Assembly: GCF_004010195.1 (NCBI RefSeq)
Contig: NC_057751.1
Location: forward strand, 8,152,137-8,185,036
Reading direction: 5' to 3'
Origin: Chiloscyllium plagiosum
Taxonomy: Eukaryota
DNA: 32,900 bases
In this document: piece after piece, positions 21,931 through 32,760 of the stretch
Layout of the letters: each line of letters starts with the position of its first letter
Position numbering within the stretch: position 1 is the stretch's first letter
Translations under genes and position numbers: made by a program
The notes under the pieces: model-generated
What the model was told of the DNA's origin: nothing
The model's database searches: none
The model's input: the letters and a program-made list of their open reading frames with translations, nothing else

Positions 21931-22248
21931 AATTACTCATGTGTGTGTTATGTGTGTGCCATCTTCTCCCAAACGGACAGCGAACAAAACTCCCTGCACA
22001 GACCTTTCCCCAGCAAGCGTGGCCCCTCCACACACACACACAAAAAAAAACTCCCCCAAAGTCAGTTGAGTCTCAGACCACTTTTTATTTTTGCTTCTCT
22101 TCCCCCATTCTCCAGCACTTCAATTTTGATCAGCCACGTGATCGGCAGGACCAGCATTTTGTCTCTCCTCATCTTGCCGAACATGGAAGGGGGCCTGTTT
22201 AACTCATGGGAGTTCCCAAACACTGTCCCCACTCTCCTCGGGGCGGCT

Positions 22249-22293
22249 CAGAGTTCTGAGGAAGGGTCACTCGACCCGAAACCCTGAACTCTG
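22249..22293 (+). ncRNA. Hammerhead motif with a 7-bp stem I but mutated stem III/cleavage triplet
   Basis: CAGAGTT CTGAGGA A GGGTC ACTC GACCC GAAA CCCTG AACTCTG. Confidence 0.55.
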
Positions 22294-22385
22294 ATTTCTC
22301 CCCCTTGCTGAGCTTTACCGACAATTCCTGGTCTGGGTTTCTGATTTTGCACAACATCCGCAGTTCTTCCGTGTTGTTTTGTTTC
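22249..22385 (+). mobile_element. Penelope-like end (family C)
   Basis: gagttctgaggaagggtcactcgacccgaaac...tgctgagcttt...catccgcagttctt; homologous to the reverse of 24678-24812. Confidence 0.75.
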
Positions 22386-22807
22386 ACTCAAGAGCGATCT
22401 GAGTGACCATCATTCTGCAGTGACAGAGGCAAGAGAGGGAAATCAGGGCCCGACAGAAAGTCAGACCTCTGATTATTCAATGCATCGCAGGACCATTTAC
22501 TAAATCTAGGGAACGGATAGGACTGCAGAATAGAGCAGGCGAAAAAGTACAACTGCGGGAGGACATTCGGCCCCTCAAGTCGTGTTCTTTTGAAGAATAA
22601 TTAATTGAGCTTGCCCTCCTTTGGGTTCTGTATGAATTCCTCAGTCCTCACCTGGAGTTGCTAATCATCTCCCAACTCATCATCCACCCCACTGAAAACT
22701 GGGGGGAAGGCTTTCAGTCTGAACCAGTGGTTCTCACCCCAGCCAACATCTGCACAGTGAAACGGCTCCAACTCCATCACCTGGGTCATGTCACACATGA
22801 TACAAGA

Positions 22808-23312
22808 CATAGAGTCATAGAGATGTACAGCACAGAAACAGACTCTTCAGTCCAAGTCGTCCATGCTGACCAGATAGCCTAAATTAATCTTGCCCCATTT
22901 GTCAGCATTTGGCCCATATCCCTCCAAACCCTTCCTATTCATATACCCATATAGATGCCTTTTAAATGTTGCAATTGTACCAGCCTCCGCCACTTCCGCT
23001 GGCAGCTCATTCCATATATGTACCACCCTCTGTGTGAAAAAGTTGCCCCTTAGGTCCCTTGAAAATCTTTCCCCTCTCACCAAAACCTATGCCCTCTAGT
23101 TCTGGACTCTCCCAACCCAGGGAAAAGACCTTGTCAATTTATTCTATCCATGCCCTTCATGATTTTCTAAATCTCTCGAAGGTCACCCCTCAGCTTCGAC
23201 CCTCCGGAGAAAACAGTCCCAGCCTATTCAGCCTCTCCCTATAGCTCAAATTCTCCAACCCCGGCAACATCCTAGTCAATATTTTCTGAACCCTCTCAAG
23301 TTTCACAACATC
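22808..23312 (-). mobile_element. CR1 LINE 3' end
   Basis: ORF 22847-23083 gives RGNFFTQRVVHIWNELPAEV; ctatgactctatg tail. Confidence 0.93.
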
Positions 23313-23389
23313 CTTCTGACAGTGGGGGATACCTCTCTACACATTTTATCTGCACAGAACAGTGCAACATGGTTTGGTGCAGCATGCTT

Positions 23390-23640
23390 TGGTTTGATTT
23401 ATTATTGTCACATATGCCTTGGGACAATGAAAAGTTTTGTTCTGCATGCTGTACAGACAGGTCATGCCATACAAAGATCATAGGCTGGTAGAACAGTGCG
23501 AGGAATACAAAGTTATGGCTGCTAAAGGTGACAGACTTAGAATTGAGGTTTAAAAGTGCAAAACGATTAGAGGAAAAAGGAGATAAGACATTCTGCAGTG
23601 GGCTCACTAAGAGCCATCTTGTGTTGGTGTCATCTTGATC
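23390..23640 (-). mobile_element. Rex1/Babar-like non-LTR 3' end
   Basis: tttgatttattattgtcacat...acaatgaaaagttttgt is the reverse of a cttttcac...gtgacaataa type tail. Confidence 0.45.
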
Positions 23641-23754
23641 CATGATAAGCATGATTTGTGTTACTGCTTTCAGATCAACCTATTATTAGTTTCCCAAAAG
23701 ATGATTGCAATAATTTAATCAAACATGCCATAATGTCTCAAAGAAGTGCTCCCC

Positions 23755-24185
23755 TGTCATAGAGTTATGAAGAACTGAAACAGACTGTTCAGTCCAACCA
23801 GTCCATGCTGACCATAATTCCTTGGATGCTGCCTGACCTACTGCGCTTTTCCAGCAACACATTTTCAGCCATAATCCCAAAGTGAACTGGTCCCAAAGGC
23901 CTGCACTAGGCCCATATCTCTCCAAACATTTCCTGTTCATGAACTTATCCAAATGTCTTTTAAACATTGTAACTGTGCCCACACCCATCACTTCCTCTGG
24001 CAAGTCATTCCACACATGAAGCACCCTCTGTGTAAAACAAGTTGTCTCTCATGTCCTTTTTAAATTCTTCTCATCTTAAAAACATGCCACCCCCCACCCC
24101 TCCTAGTTTTGAACTCCCCTATCCTTGGGAAAAGACCCTTCTCATTCACCTCTCAACCCGCTCTGCTCCAGTGAAATATAATCCA
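23755..24185 (-). mobile_element. CR1 LINE 3' end carrying a 50-bp insertion
   Basis: ORF 23719-24024 gives VWNDLPEEVMGVGTVTMFKRHLDKFM. Confidence 0.9.
23819..23868 (+). mobile_element. 50-bp Penelope-like (family A) micro-insertion with a 7-bp TSD
   Basis: Matches ~13174-13223; flanked by ccataat at 23812-23818 and 23869-23875. Confidence 0.85.
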
Positions 24186-24434
24186 GTATACTTTTTATTT
24201 CTCAAATCCTCCATTACATATTGACTGCTTGTAAGATGAAAATATTTATGTTTTGTTTTGGCATGGATTAATTATTTGCCTCTGATGTATCATTTTAAAT
24301 AAGTAGGAACAACCTTAGTTATAAAATATGAATGCACATTAATTTACTGATCAATGGTTTCAAATCCCACCATGATGAGGTCATTGTCCAAGGAAATTGA
24401 GTCAGAAGGAATATTCAACAGCCAACCCATAGAC

Positions 24435-24545
24435 AGGTGTCTTCTGGAACAGTGGCAGTCCCTACCTCTGAGCCAAGTGTATGGGGTTCAAGCCCCAACT
24501 GCTCTAGAACAAGTTGTTGAAGGGTCACTGCTTAACTGATTTATA
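24435..24545 (+). mobile_element. Short tRNA-derived SINE
   Basis: cagtggcagtccctacctctgagcca...ggggttcaagcccc. Confidence 0.65.
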
Positions 24546-24677
24546 GTTGCAAACATCTCCATCAAATCTCCCCAGCCTTTTGTGATCACAGGACAATGAT
24601 GCATGTTTCTCCACTCAACTGCCACCCCTAATTCTGGAAACCATTCCAGCGGCAGCCTTCCAAATTTTACAGAATAT

Positions 24678-24812
24678 AAACCAAAAGAACTGCGGATGCT
24701 ATACATCAGAAGCAAAAACAGAAGTTGCTGGAAAAGCTCAGCAGGTCCGGCAGCATCCATGCAGAGAAATCACAGTTAACGTTTCGGGTCAGTGATCCTT
24801 CCTCATAACTGA
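24678..24812 (-). mobile_element. Penelope-like end (family C) with a C3A-mutated hammerhead at 24774-24811
   Basis: Minus strand: CAGTT ATGAGGA A GGATC ACT GACCC GAAA C GTT AACTG, followed by gatgctgccggacctgctgagcttttccagc. Confidence 0.8.
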
Positions 24813-25180
24813 AAGTCCAGGCTCCCACCCAATCAAGAGCCCTTGAGCAAACAATCAAAAGTTGGCATCTCATTGGAGCGGTCCAGACAATAGCTCAGTC
24901 TGACCTCTAAGGGCAACCTACTCTTCACTGAAGATTCATAGAGGAGCTGGGGGACTTTTACGTGAGGAGTCCTGCCCACTCTTTCCCCTTCAGTAGCATC
25001 ACTGAATCGGATTAATTGGTCTGCACATCATTATCTTTTGGTTGGTTCTTGCTGTGTGTAAAGGGGTTGCCACATTTCTGATAGCGATCATTCCAAATCA
25101 AAAATACCTGTATCGGCTGAAGAGCGCTGTCAGACACCCTGAGATTCTCAAAGATGCTATAGAAATGCAATTTTTTTCAA
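24813..25180 (+). mobile_element. Old Deu-domain SINE
   Basis: cttgctgtgtgtaaaggggttgccacatttc...ggctgaagagcgct...aaagatgctatagaaatgcaa tail. Confidence 0.55.
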
Positions 25181-25224
25181 CTTTACTTTCGTGGATACTT
25201 TCTAATCATCAAATTCAGAAATGT

Positions 25225-25305
25225 TATTACACACCTCTGGTGGACATAGGAATTGAACCTGGGCTTTCTGCCTCAGACGTAGGAACACTATCACTCCACC
25301 ATCGG
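25225..25305 (-). mobile_element. Short tRNA-derived SINE
   Basis: ttatacacacctctg...ggaattgaacctgggctttctgcctcagacgtaggaacacta-like segment, reverse of the 17071 family. Confidence 0.7.
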
Positions 25306-26794
25306 AATACCATCCCAAAACAAAACCCAAAGCATTTACCTGGTGTCCTGAATTGCGAGCCTCATGATATTACCAGGACAGTACTGCCTTCTCAGTAACT
25401 TTCTTACTTGGATACCTAGCCATTCCACTTTAACTACCAATGCTGTCGTGCATTCTCAGTGGTTGACTGCACGGCTTCTCTCCTTTCATATATGACAACA
25501 TGTCCACAAAAGGTGCCCCCAAAACATCTGGAAATTGATTAAAAAGAAACAGCGTCTTCAAAAATGAAATAAAACTTCATTCAAACCTCAACAGAACTTA
25601 AACAAATAAACTTGAATGTGGGTTGAGAAACTGTTTGTATTAGCAAGCCTTCATCCAAATATAGTTCAAGTGAAGATAATTCCTGACAACAAAGTGGTAT
25701 TTTAAATGCAAATGTGCCTTGCAACTGGAAGGTCTCCATATATCAGTGCATGGGTGGATGTGCGAACATATAAGCTAACTGCTGGTGACTACATTTTCTT
25801 GATCCCATACATTCCAAGTGAGTTGAGATTGATTGTGAATTGTGGCTGATGATTAGCGTCATTGTCACATGGTAGGGCAACATCTTATACTATGCTTCTC
25901 ATCTGCAGGATGATATCTAAGAGATGAAAGTGTTAAAGTAGATGACTTGTGGAGAATAAAACAGCTGGGATAGAGGACTGAAAAGAAATGTTTCAAGATT
26001 ATTCAAATGAAAAAAAAAAGAGGCATTGAGCTGACATTGCTGTTTGGTGCTTTCAAGAGGATGTGTGATGCCATCTTCAAAAAACTTGTTTAAACTTCCA
26101 AGGGATCACATTATTCTAATTCAAGCATATATTTGTGTTTTTTTGACTCTGTTGCTCGGATTGTCAATAGGTCTGTCAGTGCAGGTTACAATTGTATCTC
26201 TGGAGACTTAGATGCACAATTATGAAGGGAAGTTTAATAAATATTGCAGATTTCTTCCGCAGTCATGCAAATGTGATGTTTGTACTAAATTTTTTTTCTA
26301 AGTTGTACCTGTCAGTATGTCCAGACCATAGTTTGTAGCACTAAAAATTAGGTAATTATTTACCACTATTTATACCATCGCTATTCAACAAATTCTCCAA
26401 CAAACAATTAACTATGGACAGGATTAATTTGTGATTTACTAATCCCTGGTGTGGTAAATCAAAACAATGCAGGAGTCAAGCTGACGTACAAAAGGGCATT
26501 CAGAATGGTGGACATCCTGTCTGTAAACAGCTTAGTCCTTAGTCCGAGCCACAACTTCCTCAGAAGTGCCTTACCTTCATCAAAGTTAACGCTGTCCCCA
26601 TTTCCCACTATGTTAAGTAGAGTTGGTGATGCCTGATTGTGAGTTGTTCTACAAAGTGAGCATTCCTGACTACCTCAGACTGCACCTGTTTGGGTGCTGC
26701 ATTGTTATGACATGTATGGTTAGGTACAAAGATGGGTTCACACGAAATGTGACACAATTTGTAAAACGAAACAATCCAGGTCGTTTCTCATTCC

Positions 26795-27095
26795 CTTCAG
26801 TGTCATTCACAGGAAACAGGCATCACTGCAAAGTCCAACATTTGTGGCCCATATCTACATGTCTTTGAGAAGGCAGTGGAGAGTTACCTTCCTGAATGTC
26901 CCTCAGGCTGACAGAAATATCTTTGAGAGCAAACATGTTGCTATGTGTTTTGAGTCATGCATTGGCCACTACAGGTAAGAACTGCAGATTTCCTTTCTGA
27001 CATACACTGGTGAATCAGGTGGGATTTTTAATGAAAATTTGGTAGTTACATAATTTCCATGACTAACTCCAGTTTTCTTTTATATTCTAGATTTA
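26795..27095 (-). mobile_element. Old Meta-like SINE copy
   Basis: catttgtggcccat...tttgagaaggcagtgg...gagtcatgcattggcc...caggtaagaactgcagatttccttt...tggtgaatcaggtggg. Confidence 0.6.
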
Positions 27096-27819
27096 GTCCA
27101 AGTTGAGATCCTCCTTAAAGCTGAAATTCTTTTGGTATTTCACACCTAGTTTTTTTTTGCGGTGTAGCCTGAATGTTACAGCAGTAAAAAGCCTTCTGCA
27201 AATATAAATAGATTTCTGGTACACTGCAAACAAAGTAAAGGTTGTAGGAATAACCAAGGTCAGAATTCATGTCAAAGATATAATAGATGACACATTACCC
27301 TGTTATCAATGCAATGTTTCGGAAAATAAGCGCTCTGTGCTATTAGAAGGATCAAAGACTAATCTTCACAGGAGTTGGGCAAGAGGGATAATGGTCATCC
27401 GAGCATTATAAATAGCTGAGTGTGGGCACTGGTTGAGAGGGTTTCGACAACTAGCCTCCAACATCAGGTAAATCAAAAGCGACAGGTGGAATGAGAGCGA
27501 GAAAGAGAAAGAGGATTCCATGGAAACAAGCCACCACCTTCTTGGGAGAAGACCAGGAGTCCGCCAACATCAGTCTCGGGGAAACATAAAGTCTATTATC
27601 ACCAAAGACTGCATGATATCAGGGGCGTACTATGCACTACTCCAAAACCGTAGGGGTCCACTGCACCTGCTCCTTCATTCTACAGATCAGCTTCAGAATC
27701 ACGAAAGTGTTTGCATCTGTCAATGATCATAGATTCTTTTTATTTGCCAAATAAACCAATGTATCACATTGGAACATATGTTTCTTTTTATATTTTCTAA
27801 CCAAGTGATCAAAGTGTTG

Positions 27820-27900
27820 GTGCACACCTCTAGAACAGATGGGACTTGAAACCAGATCTCCTGGCCCAGAAGTAGGGTCACTACTATTGCATAAGAGCTC
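27820..27900 (-). mobile_element. Short tRNA-derived SINE
   Basis: cacacctctagaacagatgggacttgaaaccag...ctggcccagaagtagggtcactac. Confidence 0.7.
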
Positions 27901-27928
27901 CTAAACTGGTGCTTCTTAGCAAACTCAA

Positions 27929-28270
27929 TAGAATCGTAGAGACGTAGAGATATACAGCATGGAATCAGAGCCTTCGGTCCAACTTTTCCATGCCAACCTC
28001 ATATCCTATGTAAATCCCATCTCATTTTCCAGCATTTGGCCCATATCCTTCTACACCCTTCCTATTCATATACCTGTCCGGATGCCTCTTAAGCGTTGCA
28101 ATTGTATGATCCTCCACCACTTCCTCTGGCAGCTCATTCCACTCCCCCACCTCCACCGCCCCCCCCCTTCCCACCAACACACACCACCCTCTGCCTGACA
28201 AAGTTGCCCCTCAGGTCCCTTTCAAATCTTTCCCCTCTCACCTTAAATCTATGCCCTCTAGTTTTGGTCT
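27929..28270 (-). mobile_element. CR1 LINE 3' end containing a C-rich low-complexity patch (~28141-28180)
   Basis: Homologous to 22808-23100. Confidence 0.9.
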
Positions 28271-28394
28271 ATTCACCCTCATCATTTTAAAGATTTATGT
28301 GCACTCACCCCTCAGCAAATTGTCACTTGCCTGTATTAGGTAACTGTGATCACGAACCACCACTTCTTGTCCCCACTACAACATCCAAAATTAA

Positions 28395-28495
28395 AATAAA
28401 GACAGTCACTGGGCATGAAACGTTAACTCCGCTTTCTTTCCACAGATGCTGCCAGATTTGCTGAGTTTCTCCGGCAAGTTCTGCTTTAAGATTGA
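28395..28495 (+). mobile_element. Degenerate Penelope-like end
   Basis: gaaacgttaactccgctttctttccacagatgctgccagatttgctgagtttctcc. Confidence 0.65.
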
Positions 28496-28556
28496 TTTGA
28501 ATAAACTTATATTCATTGGTCATCATCATGGGATTTGATTGTGTTTCTGAATGATC

Positions 28557-28710
28557 TGGAGAAAGTGAGTACTGCAGATGCTGGACACCAGAGTCGAAAA
28601 GTGTGGTGCTGGAAAAGCACATCAGGGCAGGCAGCATCCGAAGAGCAGGAGTGTTGACGTTTCAGGCATAAGATCCTGATGAAGGGCTTATGCACAAAAC
28701 ATCTACTCTT
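28557..28710 (-). mobile_element. Penelope-like end (family A) with a short inverted hammerhead segment
   Basis: Minus copy 28558-28672, then plus-strand cctgatgaagggcttatgcacaaaac; imperfect TSD tgaatgatc (28548-28556) / tgaataatc (28711-28719). Confidence 0.8.
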
Positions 28711-29049
28711 TGAATAATCAGTCCAGTGAATGAAATTACTTGCAAAGTTCCATAGCCACAATGCTCTTAAACTTTATTAACATGGTGCTTAGAATGAGTT
28801 TCTAGGTTAGACCAATCTTCATAGATTTGTTTCTTTCCAGTCTCCACCAAAAGAATAAATTTGACATTCTTTTCTGATACAGGATGATGACATTCAATTC
28901 CAAGAGGCTCCTAACGTTTGATACCTCCACTATTATCAAAGTGACAACTTTAAGAATCAGGGCTCAAGAAATTGAGGGATAGTGTTTCAATCAGTGGAAA
29001 TTACTTGTTTTAAGACATTTTCTATTCCAAATGGCACCCATTATGTTGT

Positions 29050-29405
29050 TTTCATCCACTCATGAGATGTGGACATCACGGACTGGGTGAGCACTTATTG
29101 CCTCTCTACCAGTTGTCCTTGAGATGGTAGAGGAGAATAGCCCTCTTGAACTGATGCAGTCCATTTGATGCAGAGAAGGATTTCTGGAATTTTAACCGAG
29201 CAATACTGAAGGAACAGTGATTTATTTCCAAGTCAGGATGGTGAGTGCTTGAGGGGGGAGCATGCTGATGTGGTATTTCCATGTATCTGCTGCCCTTTTC
29301 CTTCTAGATAGTGGAGGTCTGATGTTTGGAAAGTGCTGGGTAAGAATTACCACAGTGCATCTGTAAGCGACACACACTGCTGCTGTTGAGCTTCAGTACT
29401 CGAGG
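29050..29405 (-). mobile_element. 3' end of the second LINE family
   Basis: Reverse of the tail seen at ~4100-4325 and ~15200-15570 (gcacttattgcc...ccttgagatgg...atttccaagtcaggatggtg). Confidence 0.75.
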
Positions 29406-29914
29406 GTGTCCATGTGTCAGTGCAGTTTTATTTCCTTGTATAACTCACAAATTAAAATATTCCCCTGTTAAATGTATCCATAACATTCATAATGTATGTT
29501 TCCACTTGTTTGTAAACCATGAATCTTCTTTCTGATCTCCAGCAACCAAGGACTGGAGGCAAGTGCAGTCCTGTGGAGGACATACTTTTCTCCCCGATAT
29601 TTTCTGGTTAGGGAGCTGGAGAACCCCTGCCAGGAAGAGATTTCCTGTCTCCTGAAAGTTTGCAGGACACAGAGAGCCTCTCCATTTGAAATTGTTATCA
29701 CTGTGTCATGTCTATCCACCACTCCTCACCTTCCTTTGGCATTTCCAGCTAATAAATGGGCAGCAAGTTGCTTCCCAGACGTGAAAAGGTGTAACCATAT
29801 GTCCAATGTGTCCAGCTTGCTCCTTCTTTCTCGTTCCATTTGTGAATTGGATTTCTCAGACTATTGCCCATAATTGTTGTTGTAATTGGTTTAGCACAGC
29901 TGGAGGAACAATTC

Positions 29915-30246
29915 AGGGGATGCGCGCTGGACCGTTAATCTAGAGACCCAAGTAATGTTCTGGGGTCCCAGGTTCAAATCACATGACGGCAGATGGTGGA
30001 ATATGAATGCAATAAAAACCTGGAATTAAGAGTCTAATGATGGCCATGAATCTATGTTGATTGTCAGAAACAGCCATTTGGTTCACTAATGTCCTTTAGG
30101 GAAGGAAATTGCCATCCTTACCTGATCTGGCCTGCAGGTGACCGCCGACCCACAGCAATGCGGTTGACTCACCACTGCAATTAGGGATGGGCAATAAATG
30201 CTGGCTCAGCCAATCATACCCATATCCCATGAATGAATTTTTAAAA
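29915..30246 (+). mobile_element. tRNA-derived SINE with a Meta-like core (same family as 6522-6856)
   Basis: ggttcactaatgtcctttagggaaggaaattgccatccttacc...aattagggatgggcaataaatgctggc. Confidence 0.88.
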
Positions 30247-30249
30247 AAT

Positions 30250-30421
30250 TGGTTTGCAAGGCAGTGTGATCCCGACAGCGTGGGTTCAATGGTTACCATG
30301 AATGACTGTCTTTCTTAACTTCTCCCCTCGCCTAAGGTATGGTGGCCCTCAGGTTAAATCACCATTAGTTATCTCTCTCTAATGAGACAGCAGTCCGATG
30401 GTCTGATAAGACTATGGCAAC
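30250..30421 (+). mobile_element. Different tRNA-derived SINE-like repeat
   Basis: B-box-like gtgggttcaat, then tctcccctcgcctaagg...ccctcaggttaaa...gactatggc; family recalled, single copy here. Confidence 0.45.
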
Positions 30422-30604
30422 AGAATAGTTGTTGTTACTTAGGAAAAGGGGCATTACTGTATATCCCCTTTTTTTCACAGGCCAGCTGGAGAATTCATGT
30501 CCAGTGTGTTGAAAGCTTTGGGGGTATGAGGCTCTGGGTTGTTATATTCTTAAAAGCTTGCATCCAGTGACATTTTGTTTCTCTCTCTAAGAGCAGGTTG
30601 AATT

Positions 30605-31400
30605 TTAATAGAATCTTGATGGCCCCTCGGCCCATCGATTCTATTCTGCCAAAAATGCACTCCTACCTCCACTCATCCCACCTTCCAGCCTTGAATGTTA
30701 TAACATTTCAAGTGCTCATCCAAGTACCTTTTAAAGGTTATGAGGTTACCCACCTCAAGTACCATTCCAGCCACTGCATTCCAGATGCCCACTACTCTTG
30801 GGGTGAATACATTTTCACATTGAAGCCTCCTGCCTTGCACTGCAGAAGTATGCCCTGGACCCCTTTCTTTTTGACCCTACGACTCAGATGGAACAGCTGC
30901 TTTCTGTTCATTGTGTCCACGCCCCCAATAACCTTACACACCTCTGTCTGTTCCTCCCCACCAGCCCCTTTCCAGCCTACTTTGCTCCAAAGAAAACAAG
31001 CAGAGCTTATCCAGCCTCTGTTCACAGCTGAACTGCTCCATCCCAGGGAACAGGCTGATGAATTTCTTCTGCACCCCCTCAGGTGCAATCATATGGTTCC
31101 TACAGTGCAGTGATAAGAATTGTATGCAGTACTCCAACTGTAGCCTTACCAAAGTTCTGCACAGCTCCAACATGATCACCTTGCTCTTAGAATCTGTGCC
31201 ACGACTGATAAAGGCAATCCTTTATGTCTTAACTCCCCTATTAACCTGTCCTGCCACCTTCAGTGATCTCTGAATCAGAACCCCAAGATCCCTCTGTTCT
31301 TCTGAGCTTCTGTAGTGCACTTTCCATTCACTGAGTACTCCCTTGTTTTGTTCCTTTTTCCAAACTGCAACACCTCACACTTACCAGGATTAAATTACCA
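30605..31400 (-). mobile_element. Degraded CR1 ORF2 C-terminus and 3' UTR
   Basis: ORF 30934-31179 gives LELCRTLVRLQLEYCIQF...EGVQKKFISLFPGM. Confidence 0.88.
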
Positions 31401-32068
31401 TTGATTCCCTTCTTCATAATCTCCCTGACAACACCCCCACCAAAAAAAAACAGATGTCAACCAAATTGCTCCAGCCCTGTTCCCAACATTGCGGAATCCA
31501 ACTGAGACATTAAAAATATGAGACTTTTTTTTAACAAACAACATATCTTTTTTCCTGCACGTTCCAAAACACTGAGCCTGTATCGATAAAGTGCTACTAC
31601 TGTTCTAGGTGAGGGCAGGAAAGACAAGACAACCACTATAGATTGTCTACCGGGCAATCTGTGATCTTTGATAAACGCTGAGGAAAATTCCAAATGCAAT
31701 TCCGGAATAGAGGCGTGGGGATCTGCTCAGGAACAGACCAGGGCTGATATTGGTGGCACTGTTCTAGTGCCCTCCTGTTAACCATAATCCTGACCTTCCA
31801 CTTGCCCCAACAATCATGGATCAGAACTCTCCTGCTCTCCACCGTCGTGATTCTCTCTCCGTCAGACTTGCCCACACCTTCAACAGAAGTGAACACTGGG
31901 TCTGAAGCCATACCACCAGGACAGAAGCGCCGAAATGGACAACCAATAAATCACTCGGTGGGAAAAAAAACTGGTCAATTCTTTCAATATCGCCCATCCC
32001 AGAAACTCCTGAACTGCTCGATCATCGAGTAATGTACCCGGACCCAGACCCGAGAGGACTGGGTATAA

Positions 32069-32083
32069 GTGTGTGTGTGTGTG
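32069..32083. repeat. (GT)n microsatellite
   Basis: gtgtgtgtgtgtgtg. Confidence 0.85.
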
Positions 32084-32710
32084 GGACCAGGAGGTTAATG
32101 TACCTTCAAGATCAATTGGCGATAAGGAGGGGCGGTTGGTTAAAAAATAATTAAAACCACTAAGTTATCATCACTTTATGAGTTTGCACTGAGGATCAAT
32201 GAATGGATAGAAACAGGTTAAAACTCTCGAAGACACAACATACAGTTATCCCGAAAGTATAGGAAAGTCACAAGTGCACACATCATACATCCGCGTGCAT
32301 ACTGCGAAATGAATGAAGACAAGAGCTGAATTGAACGACAGAATGCTACAGTGAAAAATGATTTATATGGAATAATCCTCAAGGCAGGGACAAATCAAAG
32401 ATTTGTTTTTGTTTTGTTTTTCAAAAAGTTTTAAGATCCGAAGAGTGTCGGCGCTGGAAAGGAAGTGGGTTGAGTTGTTCTTTGAAATAAATGGGGTGAA
32501 GGCGGGACGGGGCGGGATGGGACGGGGGTGGGGGGGGGGGGTGATTTATTTTGGTGAAGGGATGCTGGGGAGATTTGGTTCACAAGGTACGCCTATCTAG
32601 AGCAGTCGCCCCAGATCGTGTGGTATCCCCAGCGTAAGTCATCAGGGAAACTGGAACCGGCAAGATAAACATGATATTTGGTCCTCCCTCTCTCCCTGTC
32701 GCCCTCCATG

Positions 32711-32741
<31 letters not shown>

Positions 32742-32760
32742 GTCTCACTTTCTGTCTTTT
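32711..32760. repeat. Imperfect (TC)n microsatellite / polypyrimidine tract
   Basis: tctctctgtctttctctctctctctctctctgtctc. Confidence 0.85.

Noticed and set aside
21814..22287. 157-aa ORF next to the CpG island
   Set aside because: GTG start; runs through CA/A low-complexity sequence and into a Penelope end; no recognisable domain
5302..26272. Octamer ATGCAAAT sites (5302, ~25706, ~26265)
   Set aside because: The count is near chance expectation for AT-rich 33 kb, with no snRNA or Ig promoter context
27670..27690. miR-205-like tccttcattc
   Set aside because: Only about 10 nt match and no precursor hairpin is visible
29542..29873. Long open frame after a pyrimidine-rich acceptor-like site
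   Set aside because: No recognisable protein similarity and no strong donor; insufficient support
30598..31113. 171-aa plus-strand ORF
   Set aside because: Antisense to a CR1 fragment
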